Translations under genes and position numbers: made by a program | Notes under the pieces: model-generated | What the model saw: the letters and a program-made list of their open reading frames with translations, nothing else | The model's database searches: none | Told to the model about the DNA's origin: nothing | DNA from: Microbotryum violaceum | Lineage: Eukaryota | Direction of reading: 5' to 3' | Length of the DNA: 64,000 bases | Assembly (NCBI GenBank): GCA_001244265.2 | Contig: CDLV01000014.1 | Coordinates: 124,001 to 188,000 of the forward strand | Part shown: positions 24,152 through 37,846 of the stretch, piece after piece | Layout: every line of letters starts with the position of its first letter | Numbering within the stretch: the stretch's first letter is position 1

Positions 24152-24856
24152 TTATTCGGCGTCTTCCTCATCGGCACCATCAAAGGCGACGTTGTAGAAC
24201 TAGATGTGATGGCCAGAAGCGGGATGTCAACACTCGGGTCGAGACGGTCCACCCGGAAACACTCGCGCGACTAACCTTGAGCGTGTAGGTATTCTTGTCG
24301 GTAGCGACAACACGGAGCCACTCGCGCATCAAGTTCTTCTTCAAGAACTGCAAGGTGAAAAGGGCTAGTCAGTGATCTGCCGACCGCGTCGTGGCAATGG
24401 CAGGGATGGGCAATTAAAACTCGCCTTCTTGGTCAAGTACTTGAGGTACCTCTTGGAGAAAGGGATCTGGCTCGTAATGCTCAATTGTCCCTCCTTCTCC
24501 TTGGCGATCTTGACATCGTCGCCCAACTGGCCCGTCTTGCCCTCGACCTTGATCGAGTCGACCAAGAACTTCTCGTACGCGGCGGCGTCAAAAATCTTGT
24601 CGTTGGCCGGTCCAGAAAAGTCGACGATGAACTTGTGCGAGTTCGCGGCCGTGGTGGCGGACTTCTTGGATTTGACCTGCCAGAGAGGGAAAATGAGGGA
24701 GACGGGGTATACGTGGTTCGTGCGGCACGCGGTAAGGGGGGTTGGAGCGAAGTGAGCTGGGATGCTTCTCGGGAAAGATAATGCCTACTGAGACGTCGAT
24801 CACCCGGTCAGGGGTGCGACCATCAGCAAAGCACTACTAACAGAGACGGGAGCCAT
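24152..24856 (-). CDS. RPL22: 60S ribosomal protein eL22
   Basis: HKFIVDFSGPANDKIFDAAAYEKFLVDSIKVEGKTGQLG...PFSKRYLKYLTKK|FLKKNLMREWLRVVATDKNTYTLK|FYNVAFDGADEEDAE*. Confidence 0.97.
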
Positions 24857-26024
24857 ATTGGACGATGGAGGTAGTATTGAGGTGTTGGGGTCGGGTGGGA
24901 ACACTGCAATGATCGTGTTGAATAGGCTAAAGGGTCAGTCCAGCGGCCCCAACGGGAGAAAAAAGAGAACGGCTTTCGCAGTCCAAGCCGGCACCACGGC
25001 CATTGCAATGGAAACCTGGGGAGGGGAGACTGGGAAAGGTTTCTCGTCGTCTGATGAGGGAAGATGCGACTCACGGAGAGGACAGACTGGCGGGGATGCG
25101 GTTAAAGGCGTGCCGCACGGGTGTTGCGGAGGAGGGAAGGCCACGCGAGGCGATGGACGCCCCGTTTCGCGCTGTTTCGCAGCTTTGGGCACGGCAGCGC
25201 ACGGCATAGGACAGGCGCACAGCTCAGCCGCTCCTCGAAGAGTTTCCTGACTTTCTCACACGGGGGCTGGACGGGGGCGACAGATTAGAAACGCGCCTAA
25301 CGCCGCGCCGATGACTGCCATCCCCCACACTGCTCATCATCCTTGCCATGCAAGTTGAAGCACCTTCACATCTATCAGATTCTGTTCTGCCCGTGGACCA
25401 TGATTTAATCCGAGTGAGCGGTGGTCCCAAAGCGATCCCGGAATTTCAGCAAATGCTTATCGGTCAGGACTCAGGGGCATTGGGCCCATGAATAATATGG
25501 CAACCGTAGCGGGGTCGACGTCCAGATGGTATAGCGATAAATTGATCTCTCGGAGGTTGGCACTACCGTGATCGAGTTGGGTCCGAGTGGTAGTGCAGAG
25601 CGAACGAGCAGCAATGATTCGAACCTAATTTTCAATGCATGAGACCTGAAGCTACCTTTAACACTCGGGCACTGCATGTGGATTGAATCGAAATGCTATT
25701 ATTACCATTGCGCCTGTCTGAAGTTCCTGACTGAAATGTAATACATACTGAAGGCTCTTCATTTCAGAGTTTTCGCCCAATAAGACCAGCACATCTGAGA
25801 ATTGCTGCGACCATGAAAGTCTTCAGGCTCCCCTCGTCTGACTGCTACGACTCAAAATAGACTCAAACAGTGCTCAAACAGACTCAAACTCGCCGTCATC
25901 TCTGCCAGAGCGGCGGTCGCCTTCCGGCGTGCCGCTTGGCTCACCCCACATGCCACCGCGCCGGAGTGGAGCCAGTGCTCGCAGCCACCGAACCCGCCGG
26001 ATAGTCGAGTGACGGAGCGAGACC

Positions 26025-28786
26025 ATGGTCGAAGCGACGGCCTCACCAGCCTCATCCCTTCTGGCTCTTTTGCTAGTGGTCAAGTCGTCGCGGGGTGCGA
26101 ACGTGGTGTATCAGTATCCGCCCTCTCCGCGCGCGGTCAAGCGCACATCCAAGCCGATCTACCACTCGTCCCGCCCGAGTACGACCACGACGGTCAACAC
26201 ACGTCAATCGGGGTACTCTTCCGATGAGGATGAATCGTCCAGCTCGCTGAGCGATACCAGTTCGGGCGACGAAGACGACGAGGACGACAGCGACGACGAG
26301 GCGCGCTTCGTCGACGACCTCGACCAGACCGAACGCGCAAAGGGGCAGCAATATCTCGGATTCCCCTCGACCGTACTGGCCTCCTTGTTAAGTCCCAGTC
26401 GAGAGCTGTGCGACCAGCCGTTTGAGCTCGTCGTCGATCATCTCGCATTCGTCGGGCACCCCGTTTGGCTCGGTGACGACGAGCCTTCGACAGGGCTAAA
26501 TAGGGGCCCAGCAGGAGGTCGAGCCCAGCACAGAGGTGATCTACATGGTCACGGGAGTGACTCGGACTCTGAGGAGGACGGTGGCGAGAGAAGAGGGCGT
26601 ACCCGGAGACGACCCCCGCCACCGAATCAAGGTCCCTTTGCCAATCTCTCGGGTGACTTTTCTCGCTCGTCGTCGGAAGAATTGGGCTCGGGTTCCGGCT
26701 CTCTCGCTTCAAATCCGGCAACACCTCCTGCGCGGCCTACGCCAATGATGCGCAATTCTTCATCGACATCGACGGTGCATCCCCTGTCTTCATTCGCCTC
26801 GTCGGACCAGTCGGCTACAGGTATTCACGGCACCGGTCGATTGCTGGCCTTCAACTTTGTGTGTGTCATCGACACCCCGCCCGACTCGCATCTCAGCTCG
26901 CACCTCGAGGGCTACTACAAGGACGTCATCATTCCCGTAACCGCGAACGTGAAGGCTCTGGAGAGACAGGAACAATGGCTCGGCAAGGAGTCGTTTAAAT
27001 TATTGAAGGCGATCGAAAAGGCGCATGATCAGGGTTAGCCGGGTCACGATCGATCTCGATGATCAAACAATCCGGAAGCTAACAATCTACATGGGTTCTA
27101 GGCATTCGAAATCGCGAGATACCTGCCTCGGTGGCCCCCATGTCGTCTCTGGCCGCAGCTTTAAACCACCTTTTTGAGGCGCTCAAGGCCGACCAGCTCG
27201 CCAATATCCAGCTCGGACCCCTCCCCGTCCAGGTCCTGTTCCGTGGCGAAGTTCCCATCGAAGAAGAGTACGACACATTTTACGCCGAGCGGCAGGAAGT
27301 GCACCTTAAGGATCTCGGACCGGGGGGAATCGGTGGTGGGCCTGAACGAAGGGGTCGGCACGACGACCCCATCGACGCTTCCGAGGCGGCTCGAGCCAGG
27401 AGCGTCAGTCCGACCCCACCCGCGGAAGCGTTCCGTAACCACCGGCCACCGCCGTTGTTCTCCCGCATGAGAAGAAGGCCTTTGGTCCGCTTCCAGCCTT
27501 GGGAAACGTTCCTTCCCCTCGAGGATCCTGACGAGTTGCGTAAAAACGTCCAGCCGGACACGCTGCTTTCCAAATTCCTCGAATTTTGCTCACCGAATCT
27601 CTCCTTTGCCGAATACGCGACCTTGTTGGACATTGATTCCGACGCCGACGATGGGGCCTTACGGGATGTTGTACAACATCTCGTGTACTGGCGAAAGGGC
27701 AAGATCATCGGCGTCGTCTCGCTCAAAGGCGTCTATACCGCTTCGTCGACGATCCCTCTCGCCTCTCTAGCCCAGTTAACTATCGACTTTGGCACCCAGT
27801 TCCAGGACTTACCCAGCCTCCCCGTACTCTTATCAAAGCTGTCACCCAGCGCACCATTCAGTTCGGTCATCCCACCCGATTCGAGACCCCTCCGAACCAC
27901 GTACTACAACGCCCTTCTGTTCTTGCTGCGCAACAACCTCGTCGAGAAACAACGTACCTTCGTTCGGCTGATCGCGTCGGAAGCGATCAAGAAAGAAGCG
28001 CTGAAGCGATGGGGCGCGACGAACGCTTCTTCGATGGACGGATCGAGTCATCTCAGTGGTGGAGGGGAGAGTGTCGGGATGAGAAGATTGAGTATGATGG
28101 GGTCCTCACCCTTGGGAAGTGGGACGAGGTTATCGGAGATGTCGACGAGTGTCGGAGCGGCTCGATCGAGAGCGATGAGTAGCGTTTCGGTCGGGGACGA
28201 GGAGGAGAGACTCCGGCTTCCCGCTGATGCAAGTGAGAGTGGTATGTCGATTCCTCATCGAGGATCCTTGTCCGGTGGAACTAATCCGGCCCAATCCCCA
28301 CCAGGGATGATGAACCTCCTTTCGCGCTCCTCGGGAAGTCGCTCGGGGTTCCATCTCGGCATTCGAGGACCGCACAAACGAACAACGACGGGTAAACCTC
28401 CCCGTTCTTCGACCGCGTGGTCATCATCGAGCGGGATGCCGGGGGACGTTGATGATGGCTCCGAAGTGTTGAAAGGTCCTAGTGTGATTGTAGAACCGGG
28501 ACGTCCGACAATGTTAGAAAGTCGGTGGATAGCGGAGATGACGAGGGACGTAGAGGAGGGGTTGAGGGAGAGGTTTGAGAGGTCAGTCTTATACATATGT
28601 ATTTTAGATCCGGTTATGGTGGGTGTAAGCTGAGCATGCCTTTCATATGCTCTCAGGATGCGCCCCTTCTTGAACGGCTCACACCATCTCGATGAAGTGC
28701 GGCATCGCTCCTCGTTGACACGCCGAGACGTGCGCCTGGTCCTGTCAAAGTTCGAACCGTATCTCATCGTCTTTACGCACCCGTGA
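26025..28786 (+). CDS. NPR3: Nitrogen permease regulator 3 (SEACIT/GATOR1 subunit, NPRL3 family)
   Basis: LLALLLVVKSSRGANVVYQYPP, LLSPSRELCDQPFELVVDHLAFVGHPV, HLVYWRKGKII and C-terminal PFLNGSHHLDEV...VFTHP*; two introns. Confidence 0.93.
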
Positions 28787-28961
28787 TCCCATCGATTAAC
28801 CGATGGACGAGTGAGAACCCGGCATGCTTCTGCGCTTGTCGTAGATTGTAGTAAGACTGTTGTATTGAAGTTGGAATATCCAAGAAAGTTGCATGCCATG
28901 TGGGCCAACTTTAAAATCGACCCAACAGCCATGCTTCATGAGAACAGCACAACCTTCACTT

Positions 28962-30808
28962 CTACCATACAACCCTCAGAACTGTCCTCCCCACCCCCAT
29001 CCTTTGTTCGCCTGTCCCTTGCCCAGGCCAAACCGTCTCGACCTTGCCCCCTCTCCCTTCGACCTGATTTACAAACTCGACCTCCCCACCCCCGACGCCA
29101 AAGTATATCCTCTTGCAAGCGATCAATTGCTCCCCTCTCGAGCGTTGTAGTACGTCGATATGGGAGGGCAAAGAAGCGGGTTGATAGATCGTTTCACTGG
29201 CGAGGACGAGGTCATACTCCACTTCTTCTGCCCTCGTCGCCCGATCCGACGTTGATTGGATATTGCTGGTGGATCGGAATCCTTTCCATGCGCCTTCGTA
29301 AAACCCTAGTTCGATATCGTGGTCCTCCAATAATGTTGTAAAAGAGTCGATGAAGCCTGGGGACAGTTCGATCTCGCCCGGATGAAGTCGCCAGTCCGCG
29401 GTGGGGTCAAAGTCCATTTTGGCTTCGTCATCTTCACTGCCGGCACCATCGCCGTCGCTTTCCTCCTCATCGTCGTCCTCAGTCGACTCGCTATCCTCTT
29501 CATTCACATCATCCTCTTCCTTGATTGTATCTTCTTCGTCGCTCTTCTTCTTCTTCTTCTTCTTCAGCTTTCGCGTCGGCACCAGAGTTCCTTGCGCTTC
29601 GGTCCCTTCACCCCCACCCGTGAGCGTGAGATGGTGTGCGTAAACGAGGAGAAGGTTGGGGAGCGTGATTAGGGAGAGGACTGCATCAAAAAATAAGTGC
29701 GTTAATATGTTGAATGAATGGAACGTGGTAATAACTGGGGACACTCTTTGGACCAGGTGCGCACCTTGTCGATTATAATCCTGGAGATCCAACCTCGTCT
29801 TTTTCCTCTCCCTCTTGGCCTGGGTTCTCCCTTCGACAGTTTGAGCCTCTTGCGCCTGCTCATTCCGTCTTTCGGCGTCTCGTTCGTTTCGGATCTCTTG
29901 CAATATTTGCGCAAAGGCGTAGCATGCCGGAAGAGCGGTCCCACATCCCAGCTGATCAATAAACGTCTCTAGTTCTAGTCAGCTCTCGATCCCACGAAAT
30001 TCGAGTTTTCCACCTAACTCACCTCCAAAACCCTCTTTCCCATCCATTCCCCATCCCTCCCCCCTTCCCTTCGATCCCTCAACACCCTAACCAAATCCAA
30101 AGAACATTCCCACACCTTCAAACCCCCTTCATAAACCCCCTTGACCAAATCCGAATCCTGATCGATCGACTCGACGTGTACCAAACCATCCTCCTTCTGA
30201 CGCTCGTCGATTTTTGCTTCACCATCATCTCGATCTTTTTGGGAATGATCGGAAAGGATTTGGAAACGCGCGTCGAAAAGGTCTCGTTTGAGCAGGATCG
30301 TTTCGGTGGAGGGGTTGGAGGAGTCGGAGGTGGAGGTGGAAGGATTGGGCGGGGATAGGGGTATCCTTACCGGTGAGTAGGAGATGAGTGGGGGGAGGGT
30401 GTCAATCTGTACCCAAAAAAAGGATTAAGAGGTGCAGGATCAGATGGGATATAAACAAAGGAAAGGATAAAATTCGCTCTGACGCACCAAGTCTTGCAAC
30501 TCGACTTTGGCCGAGGGGATGAGCGAAGGAGCGACTTGCGATGATGTTGGTGCAGCCGTTCCCGTAGCCACGGAGATGCTCAGATCCTGTGTCGAGCTGA
30601 CGAGTTCTTGTTGTTCCTCATCCTCGAGCTCGAGTTCATCATGTGGGATGTCCTGAGTGATGCGTGAGGTGGGTCAGCTCTGGAGTTCCGGCTAGGATGA
30701 GGTCACCGTTGCGAAGGGCGAGTCAGAAGGGAGGGGGGGAAATAGGGGGGGCTTGGGGGTAGGGAAGGGAGAACTACGGCGAAGGCTTACAAAACTGAAC
30801 GAAAACAT
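28962..30808 (-). CDS. HPM1: Histidine protein methyltransferase 1 (METTL18 family)
   Basis: MFSFSF..., KRDLFDARFQ, SDLVKGVYEGGLKVWECSLDL, RVLE|LGCGTALP (SAM motif I), LQDYN, YDLVLASETIY, IACKRIYFGVGGG. Confidence 0.93.
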
Positions 30809-31015
30809 GCCGAGTGGAAGCTTTTGAAATGTGCTACCCCTGCGATTACGGGATCAGCGGTGCAAGAGCAAGAAGCCCACAAAGCTCACAAAGTCCGCCA
30901 GGAACCCGAGGTGAGGTTCGGCGCGTGAGCTGTTGGCACTTGGCTCAGCTCTCTCTGCTCTTCCCTCCGCTCCGCTCCCCGTCCAACCTCACCCGCGCAC
31001 TACCACGCCACAAAT

Positions 31016-31667
31016 ATGTCCTCCTCGTCCAATGCAGGCGTCAAGCTACCCCCGGATGTCAACAGAATACTCTGGGTCAAAGTACGGTGTACCCTATTAC
31101 AGCTCTCCACTCCAACATGCCACTGACTGACTCTTGTCACCCTTCCCTCCTCCCTCCTCTCCCTCCTCCTCCCTCCTCTAGAACCTCAATTACAAGACCA
31201 AAGGCGATGACCTGTACGATCTCTTTGGCAAACACGGCGCGATCCGTCAGATCCGATTGGGCAACGAACAAAAGACGCGCGGCACGGCCTTTGTCGTTTA
31301 CGAGGACGTGCATGATGTGAGCGTTGCATTCAATCTTGGTTTCTCGGTTCGGTTAAGATGAGGAACGTTGGGGAGCTGATGATGATGGTTTTTTGGGTCA
31401 CGACAGGCCAAGCAAGCTTTCGATCATTTGAATGGGTTTCATCTGCAGGAACGGTACCTCGTCGGTAAGCGCGACTCATCCAATCCTTAATACTGGGTCC
31501 TACACTCCTCAGCCCTTCTTCAGACCTAACACGATCTTACTCTTCCCATAGTCCTGTATCACCAAGCCGCGCGCCAAGCGAGCAAGACGGACCTGGCCAG
31601 GAGGGAGAAGGAATTGGCCGAGTTGAAGAAGCTGCATCAGATCGCCGACGAGGACGCAAACGCATAG
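31016..31667 (+). CDS. SF3B6: U2 snRNP SF3b p14 (pre-mRNA branch-site RRM protein)
   Basis: KLPPDVNRILWVK|NLNYKTKGDDLYDLFGKHGAIRQIRLGNEQKTRGTAFVVYEDVHD|AKQAFDHLNGFHLQERYLV|VLYH; four exons. Confidence 0.96.
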
Positions 31668-32559
31668 GCAAACTAATCTTTCTCGTATCTCTTTGCTGGC
31701 TCGAATCGTTTTTTCTCCCCTTGTTGTATTCGTAATCAGGAATTACTTCCACATCGCTGTTCGCTACGACGAGGTAACACCCCGAAAAACGGTCTCGTTC
31801 GCGCCTGTCAATAAAATTCTTCACCGCGCTCTGATCGAGTCATCATCAGTGGTAATTTTTCAGCGTTTTAATACCGTAGACTACTCTGTTTGAAGGTGAG
31901 GAGTGGCCGAATCGCCGAGGCGAGCGGTTCGCGAGGACCACCAAGCGCAAGTTCTTGCATCGGAGCGTAAAGGGGTGGCATAGATCTCTACGAGGGCAAA
32001 GTCTCGACGAAGTTGTAGAACCCAAAGAAGCCAAGACAACTCGACGGTACCACGCGAGGCACGCTGGGCTGATTCGGAAAACCCGTGAGCTTTGAAGAGG
32101 AAACAGATCCCGGTCCGGGCAAGTAGTCGAAAAGACGAGCTGAGGGATCGGAAGGAAACGAAGAGGGGAGAGAAATCTTCGCTTACCCCGAGCCACTGCA
32201 GTGGGTCGTGACGAGCACGTTGGTGGCGATGGAGGGTTCTAGACATACGACGTGCGCTCCGTTAACGATGACAAAAGGGTTATGAGCGAAATGGGAGCAG
32301 AATCCTGTCCGGTTGACTTCCGTGTCCGGAGCCTCAGTCGTCTTGACAAGGGTTTGGTGCCGGGGACCCTTCTGGCCGGTGGGTGACACTCTGAGTCGGG
32401 ATCGTCCGTCGACGCAGTGACCAGAAATGTGGTAAGAATTGTCTATGATATCCTATTGCATCGACAGAAAAACAAACAAACATATACCGTAAAACGAGTG
32501 AAAAGAGAACCCACAGTTCAGAAGCCCTTTCCCCTCACCACAAGAAGTTCCCCTTGCTT

Positions 32560-35500
32560 CTAATCACTAAACTGTTCCCTCGCCTCCCTCTCAACCGAAG
32601 CTCTGGACCGTGTCCTAGACGAGTCATTTTCATCCTTCTCTCGCTCCTCCGTCTCCTCGTCATCCTCTTCATCATGATACCTCTCCCCCGCCGGATCCCC
32701 CCTAATAATTCGCTTACTCTCCTCATCCCGACCCTCATCGTCGCCTTCCCTCTCATCCTCATCTTCCTCCTCCGAATCCAACGCAAACGCGTTGAACAAC
32801 TCCTTCGTCCTCGCGCTTCCACCACCCCCACTCCCGACTCTCACCCTCCCTCGCTCCATAGCGGACATGGGTACATCGTCGTCCTCGTCATTCATCGGAG
32901 CGAAATCGTATCCCCTCGCGCGGGAGATCAACCCGCCCGTGCGATCCCTTCCTGCCCTCCTCATCCAGAAAAACGCCGTCACACCTGCGACGAAAACGAT
33001 GATGGTCCCTACGGCGACAAAGAGCCAGGTCGTCGAACCTACGAGGTTCCTCATCCCCGCCAAATAACCCGGCGTCTCGTCGTAAAGCGTGTTCCCACTC
33101 GTCCAACTTCCCTCTTTATCTTCAGAGTTGGCAGGCGGGGAGGTCGGTTCGGGATTATCGTAGTCGCCAAAGGGCAAATGGGCTTCCCCCGTTGCTTCGG
33201 CATGATCTTCGGGAAGGTGGTCGGTCGGTTTACCGTACGCTTTGGTGGGTTCCAATTCGGCTTCGCTCAACGCCGTCGTAGGAATAAGCGTCGGTTTGGG
33301 TGCTACGGGAGCGGTCGTAGCCGGTGCCGTGGTCGCCTGATTATGTTCTGCCTCATCTCCAGGCTCACTGGGATATCCATCGTAGTGGTGTTCGCCAGGA
33401 AGTCGATACGGTTCCGCGATCGAAGGGTCAATCGACGAGCCCCACAACCTCATCGACCAAGAATGGAACTTTCCATTCTGGTTCCCCGCATCGTCCTGAC
33501 GGTCCCGAACCCTGATCGTCCAAGTACCGACCGGGTCCTCGTCCCAATGTTTGACCGACATGAACACCCAACCGGGGTATCCGGTCTGCGCATCATCGAA
33601 CCGTCGCGGCCTAGCGAGAACGCTCTTCATCCCCTTGGGGCTCGTCAACTCGATCTCGACGTTGCCTCGTTTGGTGTGCTCGATATGCACGGTGACGGTG
33701 ACGTGTTCGGTTTTCTCAAAATTGTGTTGCTTCAGATCGTCCTGCGTCACGTCAAAGATCGAGACGATACCTTGAGGCGTGATGTGTATCGCTCCGACCG
33801 AAATCTCGGGGGACGCCCACCAAGCTTGAGGCTTGGCGAGAGGGATCGTCCTGGCCCTTTCGACGAGCGCGTAGGCGTCGAGTTTACCGAATCCGTACTT
33901 GTGGTTGAAGTAGCGCCCCGTAGCCGTCATTTGCCAATCTGGGTCTTGCGGGTTGATCTGCACCGCGGTTTGGACGCAGAGGTGCTGCATGTCGCGCCAG
34001 GTCAATTCGGGGCGGGCCTCGAGCGCGAGCGCAAAGATGCCGGCGGCGATGGGAGCCGCGGCCGAGGTGCCTCCATGTCGGTCTGTGCACTTGTTCTTGC
34101 CCACGTCCGTGGTGTGCTGTGATAATAACCAGAGTGTCAAAACACGTCTAGCTACAAGACTCGAATCGCTACTCACGATGTTGTCACCACTTCCGGAACT
34201 GTACGTTACGACCATGACAGCGGAACAAGCCTCAGAGTAGAAAGGGTGCAAGCCCTTCCTGTCGATGGCGCCGACCGTAATCGACATCAACGAGTTGGTG
34301 TAACCATCAAAATTACACTGATCATCGGATCCTCCACCGTTGCCACTCGCAAAGACGAAGATCGAGCCTTTGCCGTTGCGACCGTTCTGCACGCCATTGA
34401 GCATGGCTTTGGTGATCAGGTTCGAGGGCGCGTCCATGGAACGACCATCGTCGGGGGGACCCCACGAGCACGAGTAAATGTCGTTCGATTGGAACCCATA
34501 GTTGAGCGAGGCGGCTTCGTCGGCGTCCGAGATGAGCGAGGAGAGGATGCGGATACCGGCGATACCGGACCCGTACGCGACTCCGACACCACAGACGTCA
34601 TTCTTGACGGCCGCAACTTCGCCAGCACATCGTGTGCCGTGCTGGTCATCGTCGAGTTGAGGCTTGGGAAGCGCCGTGTGGGCATTGTAGTCCCAGGATC
34701 CTTCGGCGAACTGGTAGGAGATTAGGGGCACGGCCTGTCAGCATCTATCGGATCTTTCTCACCAACGTGTGCACTCACAAAGTTGCCCGCCAAGTCATCC
34801 GATTCAAAGTCGAGCCCATCATCCACAATGGCGACATTGACGCCTTTGCCGGTGATGCCCTGCTCCCATACGCCGGCGACGTTGATGGAGTGTTCCTGCA
34901 TCTTGTCGTTGAAGAGATGCCACTGTTTGGGCCACAGTGGGTCTAGGATGCCAAATTTGCTCGCGACCTGTGCCAACAATCCTTGGGCCTTGTTCTTGGG
35001 GCCGTCCGAGTCGTGGTGGTGGCCATTGTCGTCCTGCCGCGGTACGAGTCGCACGAGCGATCGTTTGGTGCGGGTCAGGAACGACGAGGAGGGGGCCAGG
35101 ACGGGATGATCGCGCTTGACGCGCAGTCGCAATGATTGTCGCTCGAGCGAGACGATGTGGCTGCTCAGAGATCGAGTGAGTTGCTTCCGTTGTGTGGAGT
35201 GGAGCAGCCCCCTCTTGATGAGGTCGAAGCGTTCAAGGACCGAGTCCCTTTCTGTCGGATGCCGCTTGGCGAGCGTGAGGGACAAGGACGGCGTTCTCGG
35301 CGATGGCCATGTCGCCATCGTTGTTTCGGGATCGTGTTGCGTTGGTCGAAGGGGTGTCCAGTGTGGCTCTCCCTTGTCGACGGTGTAGTGGGGTGCGCGT
35401 ATCAGATAGTGATCGCGCAGTTCTCCGACCTGTTCGACGTGTTCGGCGCCTAGTTGTCGCGCGACATCGTGGGGCCCCGTCGGTGAGTTGGGGTCGAGTT

Positions 35501-35678
35501 GCACGACGTAGTAGGCGTGTGAGTCGTACTCGCGCTTCGCTTGGACTCGTTTGATGCGCGCGTACGGGGTGTGGTGAGGTCGAGTCGTCGAAGCAGAGAC
35601 GGTCGCCGAGATGCACACGAGCGAGAACAGCAGCAGCAGCACGACGTACAACAACGACCGAGTCCGAGTCCGAGCCAT
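32560..35678 (-). CDS. KEX2: Kexin (subtilisin-like proprotein convertase)
   Basis: Signal peptide, prodomain with KR sites, VAIVDDGLD, HGTRCAGEV, FASGNGG, HGGTSAAAP, P-domain, transmembrane segment and acidic tail. Confidence 0.97.
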
Positions 35679-36242
35679 GATGCGAGCTGATACGTGGCGA
35701 TGCGATGAGGTTTACGTTCCGAATACAGTTGATGCACGGCGAGGTCAGGCCAGCGTGATACACACTACAGGTGGCGGGTGGCACGCGATCAGCAGCAGCA
35801 GCAGCAGCAAGGGTGACGGTGGCGTATACACTAGGCACCACACGCCAGGTATCAAAATGTGCAACGATCGAGTACAAGAGTTGGACTTTTTGCTGGCTGC
35901 ACACGTGCACACGACCGGCGACGGGCGAAAGGGAACGAGGGAGCGAGGGAGCGAGCAGTGGCAACGAACCAGCAGCAGCAATTCATATGGGACATTACCG
36001 GCACAATCTGGCACAATATCCGAGGGCAAATTCACACAAGCGCGGTGGCAACAACGCGCCAAAGACACGCGAAAGCAACGTGCCAGAACGTGCCATTAGC
36101 GACGCTTATAGGAAACGGGCGACGCTAATACCAAATGCGACCCGAGCCGCGTCCGTCCGCGCGTCGGCTTTCGCGGCGACCACGTCAGACCACGCCGAGT
36201 CGACCGCTTCCCCAGCTTTTGACCGGCACCCTACAGCTGGTC

Positions 36243-37846
36243 ATGTCAATTCCAGTCAGGGTGAGTCAGAATCAGAGCCCAAAGTACCCGCACAGTCATC
36301 CAGCTGAACGCTCATGCCTTAACAACCCCTCTAACTGCCGTAACCGCCGTCTACGGTGACGTGGTTCCGGGCCCTCCATAGTCGACGCCGCTCGTGTGCA
36401 GTGGGTCAGTACAGCATCTGATCCCAACTTGAAGAAGCAAACCTAACCTGCTTAATTCCAATAGCCACACCCGACCGATCCCATCGCTCCACTTTTCTTG
36501 CCCCTCCGGCTCCGGCTCCGGCTCCAGCTCCAGCTCCATCTCCAACTCCAGCGCACCGACCCCCTCTTCGTCCGAAGGCCCCACATCTTCCACCTCCACC
36601 TCCACCTCCACCTCTGATCCATCATACCTCCTCATTTCCTCTTGCAAGGATGGCAAACCACAATTGCGCAACTGGTCCGTGATAGAAAGCTTTAGCTGGT
36701 GGATGAACATCAAGGACGAGAAAACTCATCTCTTCTGCTCGCTCGGCCCTTCTCGTCGGGCCTCCCCCCCCCCCAAAAAACAGGCTAGGAGACTGGCTCG
36801 GTACCTTTGTTGAAGGAGGACACAAAGGCGCCGTATGGTCATCTCGGTTATCCCAAGATGGTGAACGAGCAGTGACTGGCTCAGGCGACTTTACAGCGTA
36901 TGTCATTTCTACAGCTACTTGGCGCACCCCACACACTCGGCCGAAAAAGGCTGATCCTGTTCTGATCGGAACGCGGAACGCCCCCTACAGCAAGCTCTGG
37001 GACACCACAACCGGATCTTGTCTCTCGACCTTTAACCATAACCACATCGTCCGATCCGTCGACATCAACGCCTCCTCCACCTCGCTCCTCACTGGCGGTG
37101 CCGAAAATAAACTTCGGCTTTGGGACCTAACCCGATCCTCGATTTCATCGTCCGAAGCGACCGAGGATCTCATCTCCCCTACTCAAGAAGGGGCTTGCGT
37201 CGAGTTCAAGGATACGGGTTCGGATACTGCGCACGAGGGGACCATCAAGACGGTTTTGTTCGATGATGAGGCGAGACAGGTCGTCGTTTCCATGGGGGAG
37301 GATCAGAAAGTAAAGTCAGTCTGAAAGAAAATTTCAACCCTAACATCCCTTTTGCTCATCCCTTGAATCAAAAAACACAGATGGTGGGACATCCGCACGC
37401 TCTCTTGCATCCATACACTCTCCCTACCCAACCCGATCACATCCCTCTCCCACGCCACACCTCTCGGTCCTCTCTCCCCTTCCCCCCAACTCGCTCTGAC
37501 CACCACCCAAGCCCTTCACCTCTACTCCCTCTCTGACCCCCTCGTCCACTCTGAACCACTCACCACCCATTCCCTATCCTACACACCCTCAACAGCCTCC
37601 GTGCACCCCTCTCCCTCCAAACCTCTCTTCGTCACCGGTTCCACGACCGACAACTGGGTCCACGTACATGACCTTTCAACGGGGGAAGAGAAGGAACTTG
37701 GTAAAGGTCATCACGGTCCCGTTCATGGCGTAAGTTTCAGTCCCGATGGGGAGATGTACGCTAGTGCGGGAGAGGACGGTACGATTAGGTTATGGCAAAC
37801 CGAACCTAAGGATTGGGGTTTGTGGAGGTATAATGATGAACTTTGA
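36243..37846 (+). CDS. WD40 protein, STRAP/UNRIP family
   Basis: MSIPVR|STPLVCSG|HTRPIPSLHFS...LLISSCKDGKPQLRNW|LGDWLGTF..GHKGAVWSSRLS...VTGSGDFTA|KLWD...HNHIVRSV...KGHHGPVHGVSFSPDGEMYASAGEDGTIRLWQT. Confidence 0.92.

Noticed and set aside
24679..24841. Intronic snoRNA in RPL22 intron 1
   Set aside because: No convincing box C (RUGAUGA)/box D pair with a terminal stem.
25859..25875. 14-mer AGACTCAAACAGTG shared with ~53695, and peptide RPLQDCY shared by ORFs at 11.3 kb and 54.3 kb
   Set aside because: The matches are short, do not extend, and are compatible with chance in 64 kb.
30020..30410. Apparent homopolymer frameshifts in HPM1
   Set aside because: Recounting the G and C runs keeps the frame open through RVLE|LGCG.
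32554..34122. 522-aa + strand ORF and other long antisense ORFs (38867-39742, 62317-63195, 18690-19472)
   Set aside because: They are antisense shadows of KEX2, RSP5, STT4 and the TPR gene caused by codon bias, and have no independent motifs.
32560..35678. KEX2 plus a KR-site secreted protein as a co-located processing cluster
   Set aside because: KEX2 is a housekeeping gene 16-18 kb from the family copies, among unrelated core genes; proximity alone shows no functional clustering.
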